Assembly: GCF_009914755.1 (NCBI RefSeq)
Contig: NC_060934.1
DNA length: 64,000 nucleotides
Direction: 5' to 3' (one strand)
From: the human T2T-CHM13v2.0 reference genome, Homo sapiens
Under the pieces are notes generated by a model, which saw only the letters and a program-made list of their open reading frames with translations, did not search any database and was not told the origin of the DNA. Shown piece by piece: positions 42,252 to 56,067 of the stretch (position 1 is its first letter; each line of letters begins with the position of its first letter). The translations under genes were made by a program, and so were the position numbers.

Positions 42252-44279
42252 TTAAGCCCTGTGTCCACACCATAGCTTGGCAGTGCATACTCGGCATTGT
42301 CTCTAACACTTTGGAGGGAAACAAGGATGGAGCATCTAGGATCTTGTCCTAGGATCTTGTGATAGGCTCATCAACTGTGCTAGGCAGGCACCAGTAAGAG
42401 TTAGAGTTTCCTTCTGATGGTCAAATGACATCTGAACAGCGATGGCTTGGCTCAGAGCATGTTGCTATGGGAACTGCAACCACAGGTTCAATCTCACCAT
42501 AGACTAGTGAATTGTACTCCAATCCATGACCAATGACTATACTCCAGAACAATGTGCACAGCAGGCACTCAATAAGTGTGCACTGGGCTGAAATGAATGT
42601 ATATGATTCATCAGGGAAAGTAGGCAAAAAAGCATGCTGGCAGTAAATTTCCATACCACTGTGCCCACTGTGGAAAAGGCAATCCAATGTGATCTAGCTT
42701 TTTATTTTATTCCAAATAGAGGACTAAATTGTAGTCCCACAAACACATATCAGATTATTAGTTCCATAGATGAATTTATGTGCATGTCCCTAGAATGTCA
42801 AGCATGAAGCCAGACACAACCGAGGTGTCCATGCTTTTTGAATTGAATTGTGTGAAGACAGCCTGGTGTGGGAGTTAAGAAGATGTCGACTAGTAATTCA
42901 CCATTCCTTTCCCTGAAAGCTCTGTAAATCAAGCTCTTAAAAAAAGCAGCAAGCTAAATTCCAAAACCCTCTCTGAGGAGAAATGCCCATGACTGGTGGG
43001 GTCTGGACTATGTCCACCAAATGTGCAGATCTCTTCTGCACAAACATCGCCTACTCCCAAGGGAGCCCGTGACTGACTGACCAGCTGTGGAGACTCACAC
43101 GTCCCCATTTTCCCAGTGTTGGGGGGGGCCAGGGGAAGGGAGTGGGAGTCGAGTGATGAAGCATGGCTGAACTAAATATTCTCCTCCCAGGAGAAGGAAA
43201 ATGTCATAGCAGGAGGTGGGTGGCACTTTTCTGGAGGAATAACCATGAAGAACATGGGGTATATTTGAAAATGATCTTTTCTAAGGACAAGTTTCTCTTC
43301 TAAAGAGCTATCCTCATATTCTCTCTTACCTTAGATTGGGGCTGTTGAAATGGTCCTGCCAGAGCTAGGCTAGAATGCCACAAACTGGGATTAAAGTTGA
43401 CTGGGCAGGGGGAGGGGTAAAATGGGATATGGGTTGAAGAGCCATAAGGCCAGGATGTTCACTTTTCTCAATTTATTCAAAAGCACTAGTTTTGGGAGGC
43501 AAAATGCAACTCACTAATCCCCTAAGCGCTTAACAAACTCTCTTGAAGATTTAATCACAATGTAAAATCCACAAGTTTTTATTGGCAGTGTTTAGTTATC
43601 AATTGCACAACTCTCTGAAGTGGCAACCAGTACGATTCCCAGGTCTGTCTCCATTACACATTCCAGGGGCCTGCTGGCAATGTGTGTCAGATTGGTGTTC
43701 TGGTCTAGCCTTGTAAATTCCTTCCAGGGGAGACTTAGGACACACTCTCCCAGCTGCCAAGTTCTCTACTTATAAGGTGCAGAATTTATTAGTGCAAAGA
43801 AAGATAAAAAGAAAGCCTGCTACCTTTTTAAGTGCTTTTACATACAGTTTCTTTATTACAGCTTGGTGTTTCCAGAAATACAGCTGCCCAGATCATTTGA
43901 GTCTTTGTGCTGAATCAGTGGAACTTGTTTTCTCTTCCTATGAACTTCTATGAGCTCTGCTCCACCATGTATCAACTGAGGTCTTTTGTGCCATGCTTTT
44001 AAAGAAAGTCACTGACAGCAACTCTTATTTGAGGAGGACAAAGCCATGAGGACTGACATCCTTAACTTACACATGGCCATGCAAAGGTCCAAAGAGGGTT
44101 GATATGGAATCCAAGTTTGTCCAACTCTGGAAATGAAGCCTGTCTAGTCACCCAAAGACCATCTTTTTCCAGCCTGTTTTCTTCTCTCCAATTTCTCAAC
44201 ATGCCTGTTTTCATTTCCAGAGTCAATTCTAAGGCAATGTTGGCCTCAGACACAGAAAAGACATCAAAGAGGCTACCAT

Positions 44280-44470
44280 AAGAAACAGTGTAGTCCAGTG
44301 AAAAGAAAACACAATTTAGAACTGGAAAACTCTGAGTTCCAGTTTTCTTACTACTCGTCTGACCTTGGATAAGTCACTCAATAATGTCACAGAACCTTAG
44401 TTTCTCTTTAGCAAAATTAGTATAAATAGTCATATTCATCTCACCAGGTTCTTTTTAGAGCAATTATGAC
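44280..44470 (+). mobile_element. MIR relic
   Basis: ctgagttccag...tgaccttggataagtcactca...ccttagtttctc. Confidence 0.65.
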
Positions 44471-44789
44471 AAATTGCAATTCTCTGATTTATGTTTATTT
44501 ATTTTCCATTTCTCAGTACAGTTCACTACATTGTAAACTCCAAGAGTTCAGCAACCTTGTCTTTTTGGTTCCCCACAGTGGCCTATTGCCAGGAATAGCA
44601 ATCAGCACATAGTACATGATCAAGAAGAGTGAATGAAATTTGAATGAGTGATGAAAGGAATAAAGGAAAAAAGGAAAGAAAGGAAAAAGAAGGACAGAGG
44701 GAAGTGTTCAGAGCATTGTAGATGCCATTTATGAAAGTGAACTGTACATTGTTAAGTATTATCTGCATCTTTTATAACTAACATTTAAT

Positions 44790-45250
44790 GCGTGAATTAT
44801 GCCAAGGTGATCTGTTTAAAATGTAAGTTAGATCAGGTTACTTCCCTAATTAGGCCTTCCAGTGGCTTTTCATACTATCTACAGGTCAACTCCTTTCAGC
44901 TTACAAAGCCCTAGGTGATATGACTCCTGCCTACCTCATTTCCAACCTCTCCCCCTTCCTCATCATGCCCCGGTCACCCTAGTGTTCTTGTGTTTCCGCA
45001 AACGTGCCAAGTTTGTTCCTGCCTCGGAGCTTTTGTGTTAGTTTCTTCCCAGGCCTGGAAAGTTCTTTTGTGAAATCTGCATAGCTGGCTCTTTACTGTC
45101 ATTGGCTCTTGGCTTACATGTCACCTTCTCAGAGAAGCCTTTCCTGCACATGTACCCTGAAGGGCCCAAGCAGTGCTCTCTTATTTGTTGATTCACTTAT
45201 CTATTACTAGTCCTCTCCAGTGCCTGATGTTCAAAAAATATTTATTTCTG
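44790..45250 (+). mobile_element. L2 relic
   Basis: ttaaaatgtaagttagatcaggttacttcc...catgtcaccttctcagagaagcctttcctg. Confidence 0.7.
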
Positions 45251-46212
45251 TGTGCCATTATATTTGTTTAGTGCTTACATTTCATAGATACTTTTCTAAT
45301 TATTTTATTTCTGCAAAAACAAAACAAAACAATCCTCTATGGTTCCATGCTGAAAACTCTCTTTTACCCCTCTCCACCCCAGTCTCCCACACATGTATCT
45401 TGGGAGAGGTACACTAGTCCGGCAAATGTAAGCAATTATGCTAGTTAGTTTTACTCTTTGTGATTTAATTGTACTTTTGGAGTCATGTACACCAAGTGAT
45501 ACAACAATTACTTGGTTGTAATTGAGACGTGGAACTGGTGCTGTGGGTGCTGAGCTGTTCTCTGCTCTGGGCTTGGAAGCTTCCTGGCTTAGGGCTTGGG
45601 GAATGGAGGGAGTGGTAGAAATAGGCAGAGAGAGGCAAGTGGTAGGAATGCTCACTGGTTCCAGTTTGGGTTTGTTTATTGTGGGCCCCAGGGCAACAAA
45701 TAGTTCTGTAGAAAGAGCACTGAACCAAGGCACAGGAACAGGTTCTAGGGCTAGCCCTACATGTCCCACCTCCTTGCCCCTCCCCTAGCTAGCAGTCCCT
45801 CAGTTAAATGAGGTGGAATTGGATCATCTCAAGGAGGGATCCCAGCTCTGAAATTCTATGACTTGATGAGAGCAGTCTGATCTTTTGTCATGACCATGAC
45901 TTCTGTGATAAAGGATAACCCGTGTAATATTTCTGATAAGCGTAGCTTTTCTGGTCCATGGAATTTCTCTGATTGGCCAATAAGGTGACTAGACAAACCC
46001 ATATTTCTGCTTTTGCCATTCTAGTTTATTTTTCTCTTTCCTTTTCTTTCCTAGATAAGTTGACGCTCTTGGTAAATCCCCTCATTGTCACACGGGGCTC
46101 ATCATCTAACTGTAATTGCACTTCAGCCACTCCTCAAGAGATGGGTTCCTAGTGTGTCTGATCTTGGATAACACTCCCCCATCTGCTTTCAACATGTTGC
46201 ATTTGATGTTAA

Positions 46213-46621
<409 letters not shown>

Positions 46622-46731
46622 TGGATTGTTAAAACAATAGTAATAAATATACAAATATATATAAATGAATATATGTATATTGCATACTGCACATACATAT
46701 GTATGTGTATATATAAAAGTGAGTGAACAGA

Positions 46732-46756
46732 TGTGTGTGTGTGTGTGTGTGTGTGT
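46732..46756. repeat. (TG)n microsatellite
   Basis: Direct reading. Confidence 0.9.
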
Positions 46757-47929
46757 TGAAGCCAAAAGTCTGTAAAATGGATCAAGGGAACAAAGACAGG
46801 AATGTTTCTGTTCAATGAATGAAATTAACTGGTAACAGCAAGAGGAAAAATATTCTCCTAGTATGGAACAAGGCATGATCAAAAGAACTGAATGACATGG
46901 AAAAGGGATTGGGAATCTTTATCCCACACTTACTGGTAATGGGTTAAAATTCTGGTCCACGAGGTGATTGTATCCATGGTCAAAAAATGAGTGCCGTATC
47001 ACGACATCAATGCCCTGATTGGCCAGCATTCCTAAAGTGTTCAACCATCTAAAAGGCAGAGAAAAAGAGCTACATCAATATATTTTTTAAATGGCATATA
47101 ACAAGCTCTATAGAGACTGGCTACTATATACACATATACACCAATCTCCAGTCACCAAATTTACCTAGTACTTTAAAAAGGGTTATTTTAAGCATTAAGT
47201 TCACAGCTGTAATATATTTTAGAGATTATCAAATCCAACCTCTTCATTTGATAGAAAAAGAAACAGAGGTCTAGAGGAGTAAAATGAACTGCCCTTGATC
47301 ATTAAATAGTTTGTTGTGAATGACTTAACTTTTTATTCCTGAAATACTAACAAATGAACACCCTAGCCATTTGTAAGCCTAATATCCCTCCTGGCCAGAG
47401 GACATACAATTACAGAAGAGCGCACATTGTGCATTCCATCCCTCAAACTCCCCTGCTTATACCCTGTCCCTGAATATGTACCTTTAACAGAACTCTAACT
47501 CATATACTCCTATGACCTATGCAAATATAGTCTAGTCATTAGCAACCCTCATATATCACTGTCAGTAGTCAATGCAATAATAATTTTCCTTGGCACTATA
47601 AGTAACTATTCAGGGATTCAAGTATGCCACCATCACACATATTTTGCAGTGGAGGACCTGCACTGTTCACATACTTATCATCTATCCTACTATGCCAAAC
47701 ACCTATTTTCCAGGGCATGCCATCCTTCAAAAATACTGCCCTCTTAGTTCTTCCAACACTGCTAACTCTGCCTTCATTATTTACACATTCATGCATTCAT
47801 TTGGGCTTCTCTTTCTCTTCCTAATTCTGAAACTTAGGGAAACTTCTACTTGTAATAATACATAGAATAAATGTGACTTAGAGATTCAGTCTTCTCTATA
47901 TGAAAGATAAGGCATTTCACAACTTGTCC

Positions 47930-48410
47930 TAAACATGTGTGTGTCCAGCTTTATCTGTCACCTCTTCCCCATCTTCTCTCACCCTAGACCCCATTTCCCA
48001 CAGGCTCCAAGACACATGAAACTACTCTTGGCTACCCAAATACACATTGCTTTCTCACACTTACCCAAGTCCTTATACATGTTTTAACTTCTGCTTAGAA
48101 TTCCCTTCTACTCTTCTTTGAACCTACCCCTTTTCATCTGGCAGATTTCTTCTCATATATTAATCTCCAAATCACGTGTCATTTTATTCTAAACTCTGCT
48201 GCCCCAGCCAACAGTGGTACCTTCCTCTGTACTTCCCCAGATCTCTTATTCATACCCTCAGAAAGTCCACAGAAAGAATCACTTAACTTATTTCTCCACC
48301 TTTCCTCTGTCAGTTCTGAGTTCATCAAGCATAGACACAATGTCTGAACTTGTACCCCAAACACCCATCACCATTCCTGGCACACCGTAGGTACTCAATA
48401 CTCTGTTGAC
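47930..48410 (+). mobile_element. L2 relic
   Basis: ends cctggcacaccgtaggtactcaata; approximate. Confidence 0.55.
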
Positions 48411-50604
48411 TTGAAATATGTCTGGATAAAATTAGATTCTCGGAACTTTGAGAATCACCATTCAGCACACTGGGGAAAATTACGCATAGTTATGATTTCC
48501 TAAATCTGAAGCCATATGGAGCTCCAAACCCGTGACTTGAAGAATTAAGTTTTTTCCTTGCTGGAATAAAGAGCACTGCTAATTTTTATATTGTGAATAA
48601 ATATTATTCCTATATTTAAATGTTTTTTACATTTACAATTATATTTTATTCTCAAAAAAACTAACAAATATTTACTGACAATTAGAGTTATAAAAATAAA
48701 ACAAAACAAAAAGCAAAGCAAAACACAAAAGTTTTAAATCAAAAGGGAAATCTGACTGTAATATAGTAGAATCATTTTTGTTGTTGTTCTTCAAATTGGA
48801 ACATTGTGACCCAGGGAATTGAAATTACTTTTGGAACATGACATGGCTAAGCAAGCTACTTGCCTTCATAATTTTTATTAATTTGGTAATCCTATAAAAT
48901 CAAGATAACAGGTTTAGCTTTTCCTTTAGCCACTGAGACATACTATGAAATACCTTGTCAAAGGCTGTCCTGTGGTAGAACTATAACATGAATTGTGGGC
49001 TAACGCCTCCTAAGTAGTGTTCTTTCTGTATTGAAATGGCACAAATACAATAGGGTCTATATCTAACAAGTATTTTAAAAGCAAATTGTCTTATTCAACT
49101 TTCCATCCCTATGCTTGTCAAACGAAGGAAGAAACAAAACAATGAAGAAACACATAATCACATATGTGAGTCCCTCCATCTAGCAGCATCTTCATGTCAA
49201 TACAGGGCTCTATCTTGGTGTTTTTATATGTGAAAAGATCCTACTTGTTTACTCATTCATTATTTATTCAATAACATTAGTCAATGCTAAATGCTAGGCA
49301 TTGTTTTCAGAATTGAGAAGATATTAAAAAACGCTTGTGTGACCATGTAAATGCCTGTGTATACATATTTAAAAGAATCATATCAAATGTCTACTTTTGA
49401 CCTCTACAGAGCTTAGCTTAGTGACCTGCATAGAGTATATACTCAACAAATAAATATCAATTCATAAACCTGATGTTTTTACTAGTGTATAGGAAGATAT
49501 TTAAGAAATTAAGAATATGCATTCTCCCTGCAAACCTACATCCCTATATGCATATGCAAGATCTGGAGCATTCAAAAATGGCTAGAACCAGAACTACTGC
49601 TTTCCCATGGCTTTAGGAATAGAATGGTTAACATGAAAGTTATCTTCATCTTCCTCCTATAATAACAAGACCCCTCAGAGAGGGAAAGCAATGGTCTTCC
49701 CATTCTATGCTTAGCTACAGACAGTTGATAAAATGACTGGTATATCTAACCAAAGATGCTACCCTGCCATTATTTTCCACTCCACTAAAGGTGAATATCT
49801 ACTATGTACCAGACACTATTAGGTGCTTGAGACACAGCAGCATACCAAGAGTATTTGTGGTCCACCAAAGAATCTCAAAGCCCTAGCTGGGAAACTCTAC
49901 TTTTGAACACTCGGTAGCAGAGAATCCCAATTTATGCATACGTGCATGTATATGTCCTGGTGAACTCAGAGTTACGTGATATATAAACATTTCAAAAAGG
50001 CTGGAAAAATGCCGTCTTTTCAATTTCTTAATAGCCTCCTACAGCTTCCTAGAATGCTTTACTGCTCCCCTACTCCCCCCCGCCACGACAGGAAGCAATT
50101 TATGCCCCTTGGAGAACTGAACTCAAAGGGCACATTGCTGGGTGCTGTCAGTGGAGTTGAGACCAAATGGGTGACAAAGAGGTAAGAGAGATGGGGAGCA
50201 GAATAAACTAGTTTTCATCAGATCTGTGTCAACTAAGCATTGGATATCTGAATTACAGCCAGAATATAAACAACTATGTTGATCTGTGTTCTGCAAAGTG
50301 ACTGTAGGAATCTATGGCTATTTGGCTGATGCTCATGAAAAGGCAGTTCTCTTTTCCAACTTCCTCCATGAAGGTCTGCAGTATTTCTCATTTCATATCA
50401 TTCCCTAAAGGGAAGAATGCTCACAAAACCACTCAGTACAACTGGGCTGCTTGCTGGGCCCTGCAGCAGCGTCCTATAGTGAGTGCTGAGCAAATGCCAT
50501 TCCTCTGCTGATTCCAAGGGGGTCCCTGCAGCATTGACACCCTGGCTTCTCACTCTTTCAACAGGTCTCATATCAAGCCAGTGGAGAGTGGGAGTGTACT
50601 TTTG

Positions 50605-50906
50605 TGGGGTTTTATCTGGGGGGCATGGGGGAGGGACGGAGTCTTGCTCTGTTGCCCAGGCTGGAATGCGGTCTCAGCTCACTGCAACCTCTGCTACCCA
50701 GATTCAAGCAATTCTCCCGCCTCAGCCTCCCAAGTAGCTGGGACTACAGGCGCATGCCACCATGCCCGGCTAAGTTTTGTATGTTTAGTAAAGATGGGGT
50801 TTCACCATGTTGGCCAGGCTGGTCTCAAACTCCTGACCTCAAGTGATCTGTCCACTTTGGCCTCCCAAAGTGCTGGGATTACAGGCGTGAGCCACGGTGC
50901 CTGGCT
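50605..50906 (-). mobile_element. AluS with G-run-converted tail
   Basis: Antisense Alu body 50636-50906; 15-bp TSD gggagtgtacttttg 50590-50604 / 50907-50921. Confidence 0.95.
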
Positions 50907-51359
50907 GGGAGTGTACTTTTGAAAGAAGATTCTTAACCACACTATATCAAAGGTGACTCACTCCACTTCATGCATTTGAACCACGCTTGCTGACATTGTC
51001 TGTGCTACACAACGTTAGATGCTGAGGACACAGAAATGGAAGACCCAAGGTATCACTGTGAATTACACTGAATCATTTTCTTCATCTGCGTTTGCCAGAA
51101 CTCCATCTGTAAAGGCAATCCACTTGACTGGCCTGATTTGTCCTTCATTAATGTATTAAAGAAGCTGCCTCTATGCAGGGGAATGGAAGCTGCATAATTA
51201 AGAACAGCTGTTAGTAGCAAAACACATAGCTGAGGGCAAAGCTATGGTTCTTAGGAGGACATTGCTCAGTCAAAAATCCAAGGCCATAGGACTGTACTGG
51301 AGCAGGAACAAGTCATTTACTTAGTGATCCTGAGGGGTTTGTCCCTGCCACATGACACT

Positions 51360-51900
51360 GGCAGGCTAATGAGAGGCCCTTATGCTTCTGGCTTAAGTCA
51401 TTCTCCAGACGACTGTAGTAGCCTTCAAATTCATTTTCCCATTCCTTCCCATCTCTTGTGACTACCATTGATAAAGTCAAAGTTTTAAAACACAAGTCAG
51501 ATTCTCCAGATTTTTTTTCTCTCTCTCTGTCTCTCTCCTTCACAATCTTCAGTGGCTTGCTGTGAATATAGAACAAGGCCTCACTTCCTCTACCGGGTTT
51601 TTAAGACCTTCTGTAATTTGGTGGTAAACCCTTTCCTGAGTCTCAGTCCTCATTGCATCCTCACAGATAACAAGGCTTTAGTCACATTAGTCATTCTCTG
51701 CTCCTCTGTGCCTTTGCTCATAATGTCCCTTGGGCCTAGAAGGCTCTCCTCTGTCATCACCATGACTCCCACCTATAGAAATTAGAGTAATCCTACTATG
51801 CTTCACTCAAATGCCACTTCCTCCATGAAGTCCTCCCTGATACTCCCAGTCACAGAAATACTTCATTCCTTTGCATGTCTGTCATTTTTCTTTTGTAGAC
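51360..51900 (+). mobile_element. L2 relic
   Basis: tttttaaaacacaagtcagatt...cttcagtggcttg...ctcaaatgccacttcctccatgaagtcctccctga. Confidence 0.65.
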
Positions 51901-51929
51901 AGACCATGTGAGGAAGAAAGGCAGGTGGT

Positions 51930-52180
51930 CTACTGCAGTGGTAAAGAAGCTGTACTCTGGAGCAAACTGCCTGGGTTTGAGTCCAAGCTGTGCCACTAAC
52001 TAAATGAGTGATCTTGAATAAGTTACTTCACCTCTTTCAGTTTTCTCATCCGTAAATGGGATAATAACAGCATCTATTTCACTAAATTGTTATAAAAGCA
52101 GTAGCATCGATTTCATTGGTTGTTAAATTATGAAATATAAATAAAGCACTTCAGACAGCGGTAAGCACCGTATCATTAAA
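51930..52180 (+). mobile_element. MIR SINE
   Basis: actctggagcaaactgcctgggtttgagtcc...gtgatcttgaataagttactt...tctcatccgtaaatgggataataa. Confidence 0.85.
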
Positions 52181-53481
52181 AGTATGATTACTACGGCACT
52201 TACCTCCTACAGCTTTACAATGTAGTTATCTCCTATCCCAGTTCCATCAATCATATTTTTTTCTGGAGGGAAAAAACCATGCCTTATTGTTACCTATCTC
52301 CCAAGACTATAGTGAAAATTGGCTTAGAAAATGTATGTTGTTTACACTGTGTTTTGAACTTTAGACATTCAATAAAGCTGTTATTACTATAATTATTACT
52401 GTTACTACTATTACTATAATCTTTGCTCTGATGCCTGTGCCTGACATTTTAATATCTAGAGAAGGTGTTGATCATTGTTGAATGGTTTAAGACACACATG
52501 AATGAATGAAATGAACTTTCAACGGGAAACATGCCTCACCCCTAGGATGGGCAGAATAATCAGCAACACCAGAGATTCACTGTCCTTCCCTCCTGAAAGC
52601 CCCTGGGGGTGAACTTGCAGGTGTTACTCACAAGAATCCTGCAGCATAGGAATCGGATAGATTGTTTGTGCCTCCAGCTGAGGTGGTCACCACACCTTCA
52701 AGCCAAATCTTCTTTCCTGGAGTGTATGTATTAACCACCTGTTTACACAACAAAAGCAGAAGGGGATAACGAGGTTTTAAAAGCTATTCCCACATGAGAA
52801 GAAACACACATTCCCTTAAGGAAGTTGATCTGATTTCCTGTTTTCAGGGGGTCATGATTTGTGCTTTCTTATGATGATGCACCCAGTTCAGTGAGTTGGC
52901 ATTCACAAACCAAAATGCATTAACATTGACACATATCCACTTAAAGAAATTATCATTTTTCCCTAAGTAAACCCAAGTGATAATGTGACAGAACAAGTGC
53001 ATACTCTAGGATGTAAACTGACTGCAGTACTTTCCACTAAAAAATATAAATCATATTGTGTTTCCATATCAACAAGCATTGAGAAACAATGCTTTTCAGT
53101 CTCTCTTATAGCACATCTATGACACACGTACTCCCTAAAAGCCATGAATGCAACACAAGCATCAAAAGCCACAAATCACAAGAAGGTAGAGAGAATGCTC
53201 GTGGGAGATTTATTTTATAATTACTAGTCCAGTTATATTGTAATCACACTTTGAAAATAACTGCAGTAAGGGTAAAAAGAAAAGTCACTGGCCCACAAAT
53301 GACGCATCCCACACAGGGAATAATTGCATGCCTTCCAAGCAGAAGCAAAACTTCCTGTCGAAAGGTGGCACACTGAAGATTTGAAATGGCCTAGTCTCTG
53401 ACCCACAAGATGAAGACTGACCAAACTATTCAGATCAGTGTGCAGATGCTTGGGGCTGCAATCGGCACTTAGGAGTAAGAT

Positions 53482-53970
53482 TGTATACTGGGTAGCCCCT
53501 AAAAGCAGAACCTGAGTCAAAGGCTTGTTTATAGGTAGTTCACTCAAGAAATAATACCAAGGAGCAGGAATGAGGGACTGGGGGACTGAAATAGGGAAGA
53601 AGGGAAAACTAAGACAAGGATGCATTTTCAAATTGACAACCATTGCTGGCAAAAACTCAGTCTCACAGGGATCTTGGTAAGAGCCTTACAGACTGTGTCT
53701 CAGAACTGACCCCCAAGGGGATACAAGGGAAAGCATGAGTAGCCTTGTGACCATTAACCCCTTGCCCCTCTATCCCTATTTCATGTGCAGGCCTGAGTGC
53801 TGAGCAGATTCTCTGAGTGTTCCTCATCTCTGCCTCAGAGAAGGAAATAAGAAGTGAGGTACTACGTAGTACACTGACACCTAGCTGGCTGCAGCCTGCA
53901 TGCTGGCCCAGCCCTGATCTCTACAATGATGGCTAGAGTAGGAGGTGGGACTGGGAGGATGCCAGCTATG
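53482..53970 (-). mobile_element. LTR33-like ERVL LTR
   Basis: cccctaaaagcagaacctgagtcaaagg...ggagcaggaatgagggactggggg...agggaagaaggg; approximate ends. Confidence 0.6.
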
Positions 53971-54019
53971 CACTAATGAGGCTGGATAAAGAAAATAGTG
54001 TATTTAGGTCCTATGGCCC

Positions 54020-54500
54020 CCCAGCTACTCTCCTAGACATACACACCAAAGAAATTCTTCTTCAGGTCTCTAAAGAGGTAAGAATGAGAATTCTTTCTAT
54101 GTCACTGTAGCAGATGTCCACTGCTAGAAGAATGGAAAAATAAAATGTGGATATACACTATACAATATTATGCAGCAGTTAAAACAATAAAGTCAATGTA
54201 AATCCAACATCATGAATAGTCTTTAAAGGTTTAGTGTTAAATTAAAAAAAAACACACTGAGTGAGATTTATGGCACAATATTACTTATAAAATTGCTCAT
54301 TCACACCTAATAACACTAAATACCCTATAATGACACATGCCTCTTAAGAACATATATCAAACACATAAGGAAAGATTATATAAGAGAGAGGTGAAAATTA
54401 AAACAAAAACAAGACCTTTCATGAACTGATGATAATAGTTTGCTGTTAGTTTAGGAGTATTACGTTAATTTAATTCTCTGCACCTGAGGGCCTTCAAAAA
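54020..54500 (+). mobile_element. Old L1M (MC/ME) 3' fragment
   Basis: tcctagacatacacaccaaagaaatt...aaaatgtggatatacac...aatattatgcagcagttaaaa. Confidence 0.6.
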
Positions 54501-55197
54501 GAAAAAATATATGTGCCAAACCCATGGGTACATAGACATCAACAATCAATCATATTCCTCTTTTCATTTCTAGTGAGGTACAGCTCCCTGTCCTCTCTCC
54601 CCACATTTGCTAGAGAATTTGCATTATTTGGAACATATTTTGGGTTGGCAAAGTTACTGACCCTTTTCAGAAACAAAGTTGTAAGAAAATTACACAAATT
54701 TGAGATTAAAGTGAGTATTATGATCATAAATGGAAGAAAAATCCTGAGAATTAACGGTGGTGGTCAATAGCATGTTGGTAAAGATTAAGTAAAAATTCAC
54801 TTTTATACACAAAAAAAGAAGAGTCGTTTGAGGATACCACTAGGTAGTCCTCTCACCCCTTTCAATACTGTTCATGCCCAACTCAAGGGAAGCAGGGAAT
54901 TGTAGGAACAAGAAAGTAAGAAAAATGCCTTAAATAATCAAAAGACACATCCATATGGCCAGATTAAAGGACTACATCTATGATTTCCCTTAAAATATAG
55001 TGCTAAAAAAATCTGTGTACATGATAAACTATGCACTTCCTTTATAAGTAACCAGAGCAGAGTAATATATTTGTGTTTTTCTTTTTTTTTGTCTTTGGCT
55101 TACAGGATATTTAATGTTTAATTTTGTGCTCTAAGATAGATTTAAAGGCAGTTAGAGAAAGGAGCTTTGGTTAAACAAAACAAAAAGGTAAATACTT

Positions 55198-55545
55198 TAA
55201 CATAAATGAACCTTGAAAACATTAAGCTAAGTGAAAGAAGCCAGACACAGAAGGCCGCATATGATATGGTTCTATTTATATGAAATGTTCGGAATAGGCA
55301 AATTCATAGAGACAATAAGTAGACTAATGGTTTCCTAGGGTTGAAGAAGAAGAGGAAGTTTAAGATGGGAGGGGGAAAGGAGAGTGATTGCTAATCAGTA
55401 TGAGGTTTCTTTTGGAGGAGATGAACATGTTCTAAAATTAGATTGTGGAGATGATTTCAAAATTCTGTGACTATATTAAAAACCACTGAATTTCATACTT
55501 TCAAAGGGTGAATTTTATGCTATGTGAATTATATCTCAGTAAATA
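55198..55545 (+). mobile_element. L1MB 3' end
   Basis: atgaaccttgaaaacattaagctaagtgaaagaagccagacac...tatgtgaattatatctcagtaaa. Confidence 0.9.
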
Positions 55546-56067
55546 AATACGTGTAAAAGAACACATTAACAAAAGGAGAGGTATAGTCTAAGTAGGCAAA
55601 TAACCATAATGTGGAAACAAGAATGTACCCTGGAAATTCTGGGTTATGCTACATGCTAGTTGTGACACTTGTAGCAGTTATTATCTTGGACTTCAATATC
55701 TTCATCCACATTTAAAGTCATGAATTTGTAGTAGATGAACTCTAAGTTCTTTTTAAATATAAATGTTAAAATGTGTTAGTATTTTATAATGCTAATGTAG
55801 ATTTCCTTGGTTATCACCCAAAGGTCTAGAGTATCTTTGATTCTGAAATTTAAAACAACAAGTATGGGAAATGAAAAAAAAAGTCAAACACAGCTCAGAG
55901 TTGGTCATCTCAGAAACAAAGATCTGGGCTGGAGGAAAACGCTGAGAAAGGTAGAAAAATCCACAGGAGTAAATGAAATTGCCTAGGGAGAATATATAAA
56001 CATGAGGCTAGAAAGGGCTAAGGATTTCCCATCTAAAAACATTAATGCATTATCAAGGGCATTAACT

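Noticed and set aside
45305-45769. 154-aa minus-strand ORF
   Set aside because: Starts at a non-ATG codon within MIR-like sequence; no recognisable domain.
53859-53872. 14-bp palindrome gtactacgtagtac; also 8-bp hairpin at 6693-6712 and short tandem duplications at 7264-7292, 13968-13996, 42336-42360
   Set aside because: Short enough to be chance or ordinary slippage; no associated structure.
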